This document shows positions 1 to 10,128 of a stretch of 64,000 nucleotides of DNA, piece by piece. Source of the stretch: an uncultured Candidatus Rokubacteria bacterium (lineage in GTDB: Bacteria > Methylomirabilota > Methylomirabilia > Rokubacteriales > DASRDR01); the NCBI GenBank assembly GCA_963805625.1, contig CAWDVE010000016.1:32001-96000 (forward strand), written 5' to 3'. The translations under genes were made by a program, and so were the position numbers. The number at the start of each line of letters is the position of its first letter. Position 1 is the stretch's first letter. The notes under the pieces are model-generated. The model had not been told where the DNA came from. It searched no databases and worked only from the letters and a program-made list of their open reading frames with translations.

Positions 1-840
1 GAACTTGTGGGCGAGGTCGATGTTCGGCCGCCCCTTGACCACGGTGATGACGGCCTTCTGGCCCCAGGCGACTTCCTTCGGGTAGACGAACTGGACCGGC
101 ACGCCGGTGGCGGCCAGGTTCGCGACCCGGTCGATGTTCCAGGTCCCGATGACCGCCTGGCCCTGCTGGATGAGCGTCGGCGTCTCGCCGAACTTGTCGA
201 ACGTCACCACGTTCGGCGCCAGCTCCTTCATCCGGGCGAAGCCGGGATCCAGGTTCGTGTCGGTGCCGCCGGCGATCTTGTTCAGAGCGAGCAGGAGGTA
301 CAGGCCGTTGGCGTTACCGATGTTGTGGACGGTCACCTTGCCCTTGAGCTCGGGCCGGGCCAGGTCCGTCCAGGACGTGGGCGGTGCCCACTTGTTGTCG
401 GCGAAGGCCTTGGTGTTGTAGTAGAGCCCGTACACGGCCAGCCCGAAGCTGATGCCCATGTCGTTGGGCTCGAACGCCATGTCGTACAGCTCCTTGGCGC
501 TCGTGAGCTTGGAGCGATCCAGCTTCTCGACGAGCCCGAGGGCCACCGCCTGGCGGTGGGGCCCGTCGTCCATCATCGCGACGTCGATCTGTGGGTTGTC
601 CTTCTGCGCGCGGAGCTTCGCCAGGGTCTGCGTGGAGAAGCCCTGCACCCACACGACCTTCACGCCGTGCTTCTTCTCGAACGCCGGCACCAGCGACTTC
701 CGCCAGCCCGCCTCGTAGGGATCGCCCCACGCGGCGACCACGAACTCCTTCGTCTGACTCTGCCCCGCGCTCTGCCAGCCAATGACCAGCGTCAGGGTTA
801 GCAACGCCACGGATACGGGCACGAGTGCAATGCGCTTCAT
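1..840 (-). CDS. ABC transporter substrate-binding protein, PotD/PotF-like (runs off the left edge)
   Basis: Read manually on the minus strand: ATG at 840 after GGAGG; MKRIALVPVSVALLTLTLVIGWQSAGQSQTKEFVVAAWGDPYEAGWRKSLVPAFEKKHGVKVVWVQG... shows a signal peptide and an SBP N-terminus. Confidence 0.85.
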   Translation of the reverse strand, partial: MKRIALVPVSVALLTLTLVIGWQSAGQSQTKEFVVAAWGDPYEAGWRKSLVPAFEKKHGVKVVWVQGFSTQTLAKLRAQKDNPQIDVAMMDDGPHRQAVALGLVEKLDRSKLTSAKELYDMAFEPNDMGISFGLAVYGLYYNTKAFADNKWAPPTSWTDLARPELKGKVTVHNIGNANGLYLLLALNKIAGGTDTNLDPGFARMKELAPNVVTFDKFGETPTLIQQGQAVIGTWNIDRVANLAATGVPVQFVYPKEVAWGQKAVITVVKGRPNIDLAHKF

Positions 841-971
841 GACGACCTCCTCGCGTGTCGCGCGATGTGGCCCAGCGGCGCTGTCAGCCGGGCACGCGCG
901 CAGGGCCGGGAATGCCGCGGGTCCGGTGGATCGAGGGCACCGGTGACCTCGGGGACGGGAACTTTGCACTG

Positions 972-1090
972 TCTCTATAATCTTCACGCCGGAGCACTGT
1001 CAACGGGGCCTGCCGCCGCCTGTCGGGAGCACGCGATGACGGCGCGATTCGGGGCCGTTGACACCCGTCAGCCCGCCGATTATACAGAGA
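972..1090. promoter_or_regulatory. Divergent sigma70-type promoter pair with a shared GATTATAnAGA motif (possible GntR operator)
   Basis: Plus strand: TTGACA(1058-63)-N17-TATACA(1081-86). Minus strand: TTGACA(1003-998) followed by TTATAGA. Both -35 boxes are preceded by CCG and both -10 regions lie within GATTATA(C/G)AGA. Confidence 0.6.
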
Positions 1091-1097
1091 AAACACA

Positions 1098-1787
1098 ATG
1101 CGTGCCCTCCGGTCCTCCGTTTCCGCTGACCGCCGTCCGGGCGGTCGCTCGGAGCTCCCGAATGGATACCGCGTCGAAGAGGCGTACCGGTACCTGAAGA
1201 CGCGGATCATGTCGGCCGACCTTTCCCCGGGGGCCTCGCTCAACGAACTGGAGATCGCGGCCGCGCTGGGAACCAGCCGGACTCCGGTCCGGGAGGCCAT
1301 CCGCAAGCTCGAGCAGGAAGGGCTGGCGATGCGCTACCCGAACCGGGGAGCGATCGTCACCAAGCTCTCGATGACGGATGTCCTCGAGATCTGGCAGCTC
1401 CGGGAGATCCTCGAGCCGGCCGCGTGCCGGCTCGCCGCGGACCGCGTCGACCGCGATGCGCTCGCCCGGATCGAGCGCGCCTTCCTCGACCTCCGGGGGC
1501 GGGAGATGGGCCCGGAGGCGTACGACGCATTCCTCCGGGCGGACGTGGGTCTTCATGGCCTCATCGTCGACTCCACGGGAAACGGGACCCTCCGGCACGT
1601 GCTGGCGCTGCTCAACGAGCGCATCGTGCAAGTCCGGGTCGTCACGTCCCCGGCTCGATTCCGGCACGCGGTGGACGAGCACCTCGCGATCATCGCCGCG
1701 CTGAAGGTCCGCGACGCGCAGGAGGCGATGGAGGCCATGCGGCGGCACCTCGAGAGCGCGCGGCAGAGCCTCGTCCTGCTCACATGA
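1098..1787 (+). CDS. GntR-family (FCD) transcriptional regulator
   Basis: wHTH motif LNELEIAAALGTSRTPVREAIRKLEQEGL; FCD motifs D-x2-LH and EHLAII. Confidence 0.92.
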   Translation: MRALRSSVSADRRPGGRSELPNGYRVEEAYRYLKTRIMSADLSPGASLNELEIAAALGTSRTPVREAIRKLEQEGLAMRYPNRGAIVTKLSMTDVLEIWQLREILEPAACRLAADRVDRDALARIERAFLDLRGREMGPEAYDAFLRADVGLHGLIVDSTGNGTLRHVLALLNERIVQVRVVTSPARFRHAVDEHLAIIAALKVRDAQEAMEAMRRHLESARQSLVLLT

Positions 1788-2842
1788 CGTCCGGCCTGGG
1801 GTCGGCGGACCTTCGATTCGGTGCGGGCCTCCTGGGTCACTACTCCCGCGCCTACCCGGTCCGCCGGGTCGCCGAGCTGGGCGTGCTCTGCGAGCGGCTC
1901 GGGTTCGACTCCTACTGGATCGCCGACCAGCGCTGGATGCGTGACGTGTGGGTCAGTCTGACCGCGACGGCTATGCAGACCTCGCGCATCCAGCTCGGCA
2001 CCCGCGTCACCGATCCCTACGTCCGCCATCCCGCGCTCACGGCGGTGGCCGTCGCGTCGCTCGACGAGCTTTCCGGCGGGCGCGCCATCCTCGGCCTCGG
2101 CGCCGGCGGCTCGGGCTTCCGTGAGATGGCGATCGAGCGGAAGAAGCCGGTGACGGCCCTGCGGGAAGCGATCGAGCTGATCCGACGCCTCCTGGCAGGC
2201 GAGGAGGTCGACTACATGGGCGAGCTCGTGCGATTCCGGCGGGGCGCGCTCGAGTTCGCCACCCGGCGCGATATCCCGGTGGTCGTGGTGGCCCGGGGCC
2301 CCAAGATCCTGGAGCTGGGGGGGCGGATGGCCGACGGGGTCATGATCGCCAGCATGGCCTCGCCGGCCGCCGTCACCTGGGGTATCCAGCACGTCCGGGC
2401 CGGCATGCGACAGGCCGCACGGCCGGCGGGGGCGGTCGAACTGTCGTCGATGCTCTACACGTCCATCTCCGAGGATGGCCCCGCCGCGCGCTGGATCGTC
2501 CGGCGCGGTATCGCCGCCGCGCTCATGGGCAGCTTCCCGAACTACGACTTCCTGGCGGCCAGCGGCCTCACGGTGCCCCCCGAGCTCTGGACGCTCCTGG
2601 AGACGGGCAAGCCGGATTACCCGCGGCTCATGGCCGCTATACCCGACGTGTTCGTCGACCACCTGGGTCTGGCGGGCACCCCGGCCCAGTGCGCCACGCA
2701 GATCGAGCGGATCGTGGCGAGCGGGATCCGTCACGTGGTGCTCGCGCCGCTGCCGGTCGACGAGCTGCACGTGGAGTCGGTCATCGAGCCCTTTGCCCGA
2801 GAGGTCGTTCCCCGGGTGCGCGCCGCCGGCATCGTCGTCTAG
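1784..2842 (+). CDS. LLM-class flavin/F420-dependent oxidoreductase
   Basis: GTRVTDPYVRHPALTAVAVASLDELSGGRAILGLGAGG and ARGPKILELGGRMADG motifs; ATGA overlap with the gntR stop. Confidence 0.9.
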   Translation: MTSGLGSADLRFGAGLLGHYSRAYPVRRVAELGVLCERLGFDSYWIADQRWMRDVWVSLTATAMQTSRIQLGTRVTDPYVRHPALTAVAVASLDELSGGRAILGLGAGGSGFREMAIERKKPVTALREAIELIRRLLAGEEVDYMGELVRFRRGALEFATRRDIPVVVVARGPKILELGGRMADGVMIASMASPAAVTWGIQHVRAGMRQAARPAGAVELSSMLYTSISEDGPAARWIVRRGIAAALMGSFPNYDFLAASGLTVPPELWTLLETGKPDYPRLMAAIPDVFVDHLGLAGTPAQCATQIERIVASGIRHVVLAPLPVDELHVESVIEPFAREVVPRVRAAGIVV

Positions 2843-2869
2843 CCCAGAAGGGAGAGAGGGGACCTCGCC

Positions 2870-3892
2870 ATGTCGAGACATCTGAGCCGTTGCCGTTTTC
2901 TCCTGGCGTCCGTCGTTCTCGTGCTCCTCGTCCCGGCGATCAGCGTCCTTGCCCAGTCTCGCCACAAGCTCACCCAGGCGGGGTTCCGCGTCCTTTACAT
3001 GGCGCCCGCGTTCATCGCGCTGGAGAAGGGCTTCTTCGCGCAGGAGGGCGTCGACTTCACCTTCACCGAGCTGGACAGTGGCGCGCTTGGCGCGGCCGCC
3101 GTCATCTCGGGCAACGCGCAGATCTCGGACCTCGACCCTCTGGGCGTGGCGCGACTCCAGCAGGAAGGCAAGCCGATTCTGCTCTTCTACAACCTGGTCG
3201 GCCGGGTCACCCTGGACCTGATCCTGCGCACGCCGGTCGCCCAGCGCCTCGGGCTCACGGCGGAGACGCCGCTGCCCACGCGCTACGCGGCCCTCAAGGG
3301 CCTGACGATCGGCATTACCCGGCCGGGGGCTCCCACCGACGTCTTCGCGCGCTATTTCCTGGTGCGAGCGGGCCTCAACCCCGATCGCGACGCGACCCTG
3401 GTCCAGGTCGGCGGCGTGCCGGCCCTGGCTGCGGCCTTCAAGAGCGAGCGCATCGACGCGTTCCTCCTCTCGCCGCCCTTGCCGCAGACGCTCGAGCGTG
3501 AGGGGGTGGGGCGCATCGTGATCCGGAACACGGCCGGGGAGGTCCCGGAGCTCAGAGACACCACGTATGCCGCCATGTTCACCACGGCGGAGTACGCCCG
3601 ACGGAACGGCACCGCCCTCCAGGCGTACGCGCGGGCGCTCCGGCGGGCGACCGAGTGGCTTCAGGCGAACAAGGCGGAAGCCCTACGCATCCTGGGGGAG
3701 AAGTACTTCCGGGACACGCCGGCCGAGAGCCTGGCCATCTCGCTGGACGCGACCCTGCCCGCGATCAGCGTCGACGGGCGCTTCAGTCAGACCGGGGTCC
3801 AGAGATACCTCGACATCTTCAAGACCGTCGGCGAGAGCGTGAGCGCGAGCGCGGCCGAAGGGGTGCTGTGGACGAACGAGTTCGTCCGGTAG
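2870..3892 (+). CDS. NitT/TauT-type ABC substrate-binding protein
   Basis: Signal peptide; IALEKGFFAQEG and LKGLTIGITRPGAPTD motifs. Confidence 0.88.
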   Translation: MSRHLSRCRFLLASVVLVLLVPAISVLAQSRHKLTQAGFRVLYMAPAFIALEKGFFAQEGVDFTFTELDSGALGAAAVISGNAQISDLDPLGVARLQQEGKPILLFYNLVGRVTLDLILRTPVAQRLGLTAETPLPTRYAALKGLTIGITRPGAPTDVFARYFLVRAGLNPDRDATLVQVGGVPALAAAFKSERIDAFLLSPPLPQTLEREGVGRIVIRNTAGEVPELRDTTYAAMFTTAEYARRNGTALQAYARALRRATEWLQANKAEALRILGEKYFRDTPAESLAISLDATLPAISVDGRFSQTGVQRYLDIFKTVGESVSASAAEGVLWTNEFVR

Positions 3893-3921
3893 GACTGGCC
3901 ACGGTCGGTCCGGAGTCGCAC

Positions 3922-4740
3922 GTGCCGGCCGGGCGTGGACCGGCGCTCGAGGCCCGAGGGGTCTACAAGATCTTCGTCCCCCGCGGAGGCTCGAGGGCGC
4001 TGCCGATGACCGCGCTCCGCGACATCAACCTGGACGTGCGTCCGGGAGAGTTCCTCTCGCTGATCGGGCCCTCGGGCTGCGGCAAGTCGACCGTGCTCAA
4101 CATGTTCGCCGGGCTCACGGCGCCCACCGAGGGCCGGATCCTGCACGACGGCCGCGCCGTCGAGGACGTGAACACCCGCGTCGGCTACGTCACCCAGGAC
4201 GACAACCTCCTGCCGTGGCGCACGACGCTGGCCAACGTGGAGATCGCCCTCGAGCTGAAGCGCGTGCCCCGCGAGTCCCGGCGCGCCCGGGCGCTCGAGT
4301 ATCTGGGCCGGGTCGGGCTCCGGGGGTTCGAGCACCATTATCCCCACGAGCTGTCGGGGGGGATGCGCAAGCGCGCGTCGATCGTCCGGACGCTGATGGA
4401 CGAGAGCGTGAACGTCATCCTGATGGACGAGCCGCTGGGCCCGCTCGATGCCCAGACGCGGCTCCTCCTGCAGGACGAGCTGCTCCAGCTCTGGCAAGGC
4501 AGCGGCCGCACGGTGGTGTTCGTCACCCACGATCTGGTGGAGGCCATCGCCCTCTCGGACCGGATCGCCATCTTCACGAGCGCGCCCGGCCGCATCAAGG
4601 AGATCCGGGAGGTGAGGATCCCTCGGCCCCGCGACGTCTTCCACATCCACGAATCGCCAGGCTTCTCTGACATCTACGACGCCATCTGGAACGACCTGCG
4701 GGACGAGATCCGCAGGGCCCGCGAGGCCGGCCGTGTCTGA
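3922..4740 (+). CDS. NitT/TauT-type ABC ATP-binding protein
   Basis: Walker A GPSGCGKS, signature LSGGMRKR, ILMDEP; GTG start is approximate. Confidence 0.9.
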   Translation: MPAGRGPALEARGVYKIFVPRGGSRALPMTALRDINLDVRPGEFLSLIGPSGCGKSTVLNMFAGLTAPTEGRILHDGRAVEDVNTRVGYVTQDDNLLPWRTTLANVEIALELKRVPRESRRARALEYLGRVGLRGFEHHYPHELSGGMRKRASIVRTLMDESVNVILMDEPLGPLDAQTRLLLQDELLQLWQGSGRTVVFVTHDLVEAIALSDRIAIFTSAPGRIKEIREVRIPRPRDVFHIHESPGFSDIYDAIWNDLRDEIRRAREAGRV

Positions 4741-5572
4741 GCCCGATCGCGAGCGGGCGCTGCTGGTGCGGGAGGCCGACCGCGCGCGCCGGGCGGCGCG
4801 GACGGACCGGGTGCGCATTCTCGCCGGGCAGGCGCTGCTCCTCGCGCTCCTGCTAGGGGGCTGGACGTGGGCGTCCGGGCGCATCGTCGACCGCCTCTTC
4901 CTGAGCGACCCGGTGAGCATCGCCCAGGCCTTCTGGGCGATCCTCCTGAAGGGCACCCTCTGGTACCACCTGCGCTTCACCCTGACCGAGACACTGCTGG
5001 GCTACGTGATCGGCGCCGGCCTCGGCCTCGCCGGCGCGCTCGCAGTCTCGATGATCCCGGCCGGCGAGCCCGTCCTCCGCCCCTTCGTCCTGCTGGCCTA
5101 CGCCACGCCGAAGATCGCGCTGGCGCCGCTCATGATCATCTGGTTCGGCATCGGGATGCTGCCGAAGGTCCTCCTGGCCGCCACCTTCGTGTTCTTCGTC
5201 GTCTTCCTCAGCACGCTGGCCGGGGTGGGGACGGTGCCACCGCAGCTGGTCTCGGTGGTGCGCGTCATGGGCGCCGCCCCCCTGGCCGTCTTCCGGAAGG
5301 TGGTGCTGCCGAGCGCCCTGCCCTTCATCGTGACCGCGCTCCGCCTCACCATCCCGGCCGCCCTCATCGGCGCGATCATCGGCGAGTTCATCAGCAGCAA
5401 CCGCGGGGTAGGCTACCTCATCAATGCCGCCAGCTCCCGCTACAAGACCGCCGAGGTGTTCGCCGGCATCGGGAGCCTGCTGGTGCTCGTCCTGTGCATG
5501 AATGCGGGACTGTCTCTGCTCGAACGCAGCTGGTTCCGGTGGGCGCCCCGCGACGCGCCCGGGTCCCGGTAG
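4733..5572 (+). CDS. NitT/TauT-type ABC permease
   Basis: Hydrophobic helices; PKIALAPLMIIWFG and GAIIGEF motifs. Confidence 0.9.
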   Translation: MSEPDRERALLVREADRARRAARTDRVRILAGQALLLALLLGGWTWASGRIVDRLFLSDPVSIAQAFWAILLKGTLWYHLRFTLTETLLGYVIGAGLGLAGALAVSMIPAGEPVLRPFVLLAYATPKIALAPLMIIWFGIGMLPKVLLAATFVFFVVFLSTLAGVGTVPPQLVSVVRVMGAAPLAVFRKVVLPSALPFIVTALRLTIPAALIGAIIGEFISSNRGVGYLINAASSRYKTAEVFAGIGSLLVLVLCMNAGLSLLERSWFRWAPRDAPGSR

Positions 5573-5580
5573 GCGGCGGC

Positions 5581-6243
5581 ATGACGGAGGTGCTGACCTC
5601 TCTCGAGACGATCCTGGCGCCGGCGCGCTCGGCGCTCCTGGTGATCGACGTCCAGCACGACTTCATCCATCCCGACGGCTGGGCCGCGCGCCATCATCCG
5701 GGAGGCCCGTCGCTCCGTCACGTGATCCCGCCGATCAACCGGCTGATCCAGGCGGCCCGGGCCGCCCGGGTTCCGGTCGTCTACATCCTGATGGAGCATG
5801 GGCCCGCCATCGACCTCCCCAACTACCGGGCGCGCTACGTGGCGCGGGGGATGGAGGACGACATCCTGTGCGCCGCCGGGACCTGGGGGGCCCGCCTCGA
5901 CGGGGAGGTGACGGCGCCCGCTCCCGGGGATATCACGATCGTCCGCCACTCGTACGACGCGTTCGAGGGCACCCCGCTCCACGGTCTCCTCCGCGAGCGG
6001 GGCATCGAGTCCGTGGTGGGCACGGGCGTGGTCACGAACCTGTGCGTCCAGACCAGCGTCCAGCACGCGTTTGCCCTCGGCTACTACGTGGTGGTGGCGG
6101 AGGACGCGACGGCCGCCGCCGACCCCACCGTGCAGGCCGTCACCCTGGCCAACTTCCGTCAATATTTCGGACCGGTGGTGCCGAGCGAGACGATCGGCCA
6201 TCACTGGCATGACTCCCGATCCCGGGGCGCGGCCCCGGCCTGA
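5581..6243 (+). CDS. Cysteine hydrolase (isochorismatase/RutB-like)
   Basis: ALLVIDVQHDF and GVVTNLCVQTS (catalytic Asp and Cys). Confidence 0.88.
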   Translation: MTEVLTSLETILAPARSALLVIDVQHDFIHPDGWAARHHPGGPSLRHVIPPINRLIQAARAARVPVVYILMEHGPAIDLPNYRARYVARGMEDDILCAAGTWGARLDGEVTAPAPGDITIVRHSYDAFEGTPLHGLLRERGIESVVGTGVVTNLCVQTSVQHAFALGYYVVVAEDATAAADPTVQAVTLANFRQYFGPVVPSETIGHHWHDSRSRGAAPA

Positions 6244-6259
6244 CCCTCTGGAGGACCTC

Positions 6260-7417
6260 ATGACCCGTCCCATGCCGCTCGCGTTCAGCGACGCCGAGTT
6301 CGCCAGCCGCCTCCGCGACCTCCGCGCCCGGATGCGGACCGCCTCCCTCGATGCCCTTCTGGTGGTCGCGGCCGAAAACATCACGTACCTGAGCGGGTAC
6401 GAATCGATCGGCTACTCGAACTTCGGGGTGCTCGTCGTACGCCATGACGCGGAGCCGCTCCTGTTTGTCCGGGAGATGGAGCGCACGGTCGCGGAGACGA
6501 CGACCTGGCTCCGCGACTTCGAGACCTTCGCGGACGATCAGGATCCGCTCGAGCAGGCGGTGGCCGTGCTGCGGAAGCGCGGGTGGCTGGACGGGCGGGT
6601 CGGCGTGGAGCTCGGGGAGTCCTTCGTCTCGCCGGCGGTCATGGATCGGTTCCGGCGCCTCCTGGGTCAGCCGGCCGACGGCACGGGCCTCGTCGAGGCG
6701 GGACGCGCGATCAAGTCGGCGGAGGAGATCGCGCTCATCCGGCAAGCGTGCCGCATCACCGAGGCGGGCGCGACCGCCGCCCTCGAGGCGGTCCGGCCCG
6801 GGGTCACCGAGAACGCGGTGTCCAGCGCCGCCTACGCCGCGATGATGGCGGCCGGGTCCGACTTCTTCGCGGGCGACCCCATCGTGACCTCGGGGTGGCG
6901 GTCGGGAGTGGCGCACCTCACGTTCGGCAACCGGCGCCTCGAGGCCGGCGACACGATCCTCCTCGAGCTGAGCGGCTGCCGCCGCCGGTACTTCGGCCCC
7001 CTCATGCGGGGCGCCGTCATCGCGCCGGTACGCGACGAGGTCCGGCGGATGGCCGACGTCATCATCGGCGCGCTGCAGTCGGCCATCGGGGCCATCCGGC
7101 CGGGCGTGACCAGCGGCGCGGTGGACGCGGCGTGCCGGGAGCCGATCGAGCGTGCCGGGTTCGAGCCGAACTTCCGGAAACGCACGGGGTACTCGGTCGG
7201 CGTCGGCTACGCGCCGAGCTGGGGCGAGGGGCACATCGTGAGCCTCCGCCGGGACGACCCGACGCACCTCGAGCCGGGGATGGTGTTCCACATGCCGCCG
7301 GCCCTCCGCGTGCCGCGCCAGTACGGTCTCGGATTCAGTGAGACGGTTCTGGTGACGCCCACCGGCTGCGAGGTGCTCACGAATCACCCCCTTCGCCTCC
7401 ACGTGGTGGGGGGCTAG
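6260..7417 (+). CDS. M24 Xaa-Pro peptidase/creatinase-like hydrolase (DoeA-like)
   Basis: FSDAEFASRL, ENITYLSGY, IKSAEEI, RTGYSVG and LEPGMVFH motifs; GGAGG upstream. Confidence 0.85.
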   Translation: MTRPMPLAFSDAEFASRLRDLRARMRTASLDALLVVAAENITYLSGYESIGYSNFGVLVVRHDAEPLLFVREMERTVAETTTWLRDFETFADDQDPLEQAVAVLRKRGWLDGRVGVELGESFVSPAVMDRFRRLLGQPADGTGLVEAGRAIKSAEEIALIRQACRITEAGATAALEAVRPGVTENAVSSAAYAAMMAAGSDFFAGDPIVTSGWRSGVAHLTFGNRRLEAGDTILLELSGCRRRYFGPLMRGAVIAPVRDEVRRMADVIIGALQSAIGAIRPGVTSGAVDAACREPIERAGFEPNFRKRTGYSVGVGYAPSWGEGHIVSLRRDDPTHLEPGMVFHMPPALRVPRQYGLGFSETVLVTPTGCEVLTNHPLRLHVVGG

Positions 7418-7444
7418 CCCGGCGGGCAGGGAGCCCGGCACGTC

Positions 7445-9172
7445 GTGACGGTCCGCCCGAGCGCGTCGACGGAGCTTGCCACCGATGTCTTGGTGGTCGG
7501 CGGCGGCCTGGCCGCCCTCCGCGCGGCGTGGAGCGCCCGCCAGGCCGGCGCGCGCGTGCTGGTGCTGGTCAAGCGCAAGCTCGGCCAGAGCGGCTCCTCC
7601 GCCAACACGTCAGGCGGTTTCGCCGCGGCCTGTGACGATCTCGATCCCGCCGACGACCCGCGCCAGCACTACGCGGACACCGTCGTCGGCGGCGGGTTCG
7701 TCAACGAGCGCGTCCTGGCCCGGGCCCTCACCGAGGAGGCGCCGGCGCGGCTTCGCGAGCTGATCGCGATTGGCGCCCGGTTCCAGCGGCGGAACGGCGG
7801 CTACTATCTCTCGCCGAGCGGGGATCACCGCCATCCGCGGGTCCTTGTCCCGGAACACATCCGCGGTACCGATCTCACGTTCCCCCTCCGGGCCGCCGTC
7901 CTGGCCGCTGGTGTCGACGTGCTCGAGAACGTGCTGGTGATCGAGCTGCTGGTCGACGACGGCCGGGTCGTCGGGGCGCTCGGATATCGGCGAGACCGCG
8001 CCGAGCTGGTGCTGGTCCGGGCGGGGGCGACGGTCCTCGCCGCCGGCGGAGCCGGCCGCCTCTTCAGCGTGACCAGCAATCCGGTGGACGTGACGGGCGG
8101 CGGCTACGCGCTCGCGCTCCAGGCCGGCGCGGTTCTCCGCGACATGGAGTTCATCCAGTTCTACCCATGGCGTCTCATCCGTCCCTTCGGCTCGAGCCGC
8201 GTCCCCGTGCAGCCGTCGACGTTCGTGTCGGGCGCCCGGCTCTACAACGCGGCGGGCGAGCGGTTCATGGAGGCTTACGACCCCGTCCGGAAGGAAGCGG
8301 CCACGCGGGACGTCTCCGCCCGGGGTATCTTCGACCAGATCCGGTTCGGCAAGGCCGTGGACGGGGGCGTCGTCCTCGACGTGTCGGCCGTCCCCGACGA
8401 GGTGTTCCGCCACGAGAACAGCAAGGTGGTCGACCGCCTCGACCCGCACGGCATCGACTACCGCACGATTCCGCTGATCATCGCGCCCGAGGCCCACTTC
8501 GTCATGGGTGGGGTGCTGATCGACGAGTGGGGTGGCTCGAGCCGCCCTGGCCTCTACGCGTGCGGCGAGACGGCGGGCGGTGTTCACGGGGGCAATCGCC
8601 TGAACAGCAATGCGGTGCCGGAGACGCAGGTCTTTGGGCACCGCGCGGGCCAGGCCGCGGCGCGCCACGCCGGAACCGCGGCCCCCGGGATGGTCGACGA
8701 CGGGAGCCTCCGGCGATGGACGCGCCGGCTCGCCGCGCTCCGCGAGGAGAGCTCGGAGGTCTCGCCCGAGCTCAAGGCGGCGCTGACCGCCTTCCGGGAC
8801 GCCATGTGGCTCGGGCTCGGGATCGTCCGCACCGAGGCCGGGCTCAGCAAGGCGGCGGCGCAAGCCGGGGCGACCGAGGAGCACGCGGCCGGCATACGGC
8901 CCGAGACGCTGGGGGACCTGGTGGCCGCAGCCGAGCTCGGCCACCTCGCCGCTGCGGCTCGAGCGTCCGCGGCGAGTGCGCTGTTCCGGACCGAGAGCCG
9001 GGCCGCTCACTACCGGGAGGATCACCCCGACACCGATCCCGCCTGGGTCGCGACCGTCGTCTACGCGGGGGGGCAGGTGTGGCGGCGCTCCCTTGCCGTC
9101 GACCCCGGCGAGGCCCGCGAGCTGGCCCGGCCCGCCGCCCGGGCTCCCGGCGCCGACGAGTTCGTCGAATGA
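7445..9172 (+). CDS. FAD-binding oxidoreductase of the succinate dehydrogenase/fumarate reductase/L-aspartate oxidase flavoprotein family
   Basis: GGGLA, DMEFIQFYP, ATRDVSAR, HFVMGG, VHGGNRL and RTESRAAHYRED motifs; no Fe-S subunit adjacent. Confidence 0.88.
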   Translation: MTVRPSASTELATDVLVVGGGLAALRAAWSARQAGARVLVLVKRKLGQSGSSANTSGGFAAACDDLDPADDPRQHYADTVVGGGFVNERVLARALTEEAPARLRELIAIGARFQRRNGGYYLSPSGDHRHPRVLVPEHIRGTDLTFPLRAAVLAAGVDVLENVLVIELLVDDGRVVGALGYRRDRAELVLVRAGATVLAAGGAGRLFSVTSNPVDVTGGGYALALQAGAVLRDMEFIQFYPWRLIRPFGSSRVPVQPSTFVSGARLYNAAGERFMEAYDPVRKEAATRDVSARGIFDQIRFGKAVDGGVVLDVSAVPDEVFRHENSKVVDRLDPHGIDYRTIPLIIAPEAHFVMGGVLIDEWGGSSRPGLYACGETAGGVHGGNRLNSNAVPETQVFGHRAGQAAARHAGTAAPGMVDDGSLRRWTRRLAALREESSEVSPELKAALTAFRDAMWLGLGIVRTEAGLSKAAAQAGATEEHAAGIRPETLGDLVAAAELGHLAAAARASAASALFRTESRAAHYREDHPDTDPAWVATVVYAGGQVWRRSLAVDPGEARELARPAARAPGADEFVE

Positions 9173-10038
9173 ACGCTGCCGTCCCCGCCTCGCTCGGACC
9201 GACCACGCACGAGGCCGACCTGCTCGCGCGGACCGGCGCCGCCGAGACCGCGCGGGACCGGACTCGCCGCGTCGGGATCGCCGTCGGCCGCGCCGTGGTC
9301 CTCGTCGTCTTCCTCGGAGGCTGGGGCTTCGTCTCCGGCCGGCTCGTCGACGCCGAGTTCCTCAGCGATCCTGGTGGCGTCGCGGCGGCCTTCATCGCCC
9401 TGGTGACGTCCGGCCGCCTCTTTCCCCATCTCGGCCAGACGGTGATGGAAGTGCTGGGCGGGTACGCGATCGGCGTCCTCCTGGGCGTGGCGCTGACCGT
9501 CCTCGTCGCTGCGGTCGAGGCCGCCCACCGGGTGTTGCGCCCGTTTCTGATCGCCTTCTACTCCATCCCGAAGATCGCCCTCGCGCCCCTCATCGTCATG
9601 TGGTTCGGCCTCGCCACCGCGCCCAAGATCATCCTGGCTGCGGCGTTCGTCTTCTTCGTCGTGTTCATGAACATGGTGGCCGGGGTCTACACCGTGAACC
9701 CGCACCAGGCCAACGCACTTCGGGTCATGGGTGCCGGCCGCTTCGAGCTCCTCACGAAGCTGATCCTGCCCGGCACGGTGCCGTACCTGATGACCGGCCT
9801 CCGCCTTGCCGTGCCCGAGGCCCTGATCGGGGCCGTCGTGGGTGAGTTCATCTCGGCCAACCGCGGTCTGGGATACCTGGTCACCTCGGCCGCTGCGCAG
9901 TTCAACACCGCAGGGACGATGGCCGCCATCCTGGCGCTGCTCGTGATCGTGGCCGTCATGGACCTGGCCCTGAGCCTCGCCGAGCGGCGCCTCCTCCGGT
10001 GGTGTCCCCGCCCGGCAGCGTCGGTCGTGAGGGGGTGA
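9169..10038 (+). CDS. NitT/TauT-type ABC permease (second)
   Basis: PKIALAPLIVMWFG and GAVVGEFISANRGLG; paralog of 4733-5572. Confidence 0.88.
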   Translation: MNAAVPASLGPTTHEADLLARTGAAETARDRTRRVGIAVGRAVVLVVFLGGWGFVSGRLVDAEFLSDPGGVAAAFIALVTSGRLFPHLGQTVMEVLGGYAIGVLLGVALTVLVAAVEAAHRVLRPFLIAFYSIPKIALAPLIVMWFGLATAPKIILAAAFVFFVVFMNMVAGVYTVNPHQANALRVMGAGRFELLTKLILPGTVPYLMTGLRLAVPEALIGAVVGEFISANRGLGYLVTSAAAQFNTAGTMAAILALLVIVAVMDLALSLAERRLLRWCPRPAASVVRG

Positions 10039-10128
10039 GACACCACCCGTCCGCTGGCGGAGGAGTCCCCGGACATTCATCCAGCGGTCCCGGAGGTCCC
10101 GGGACCCACACAGAGGGAGAGTCAGCCG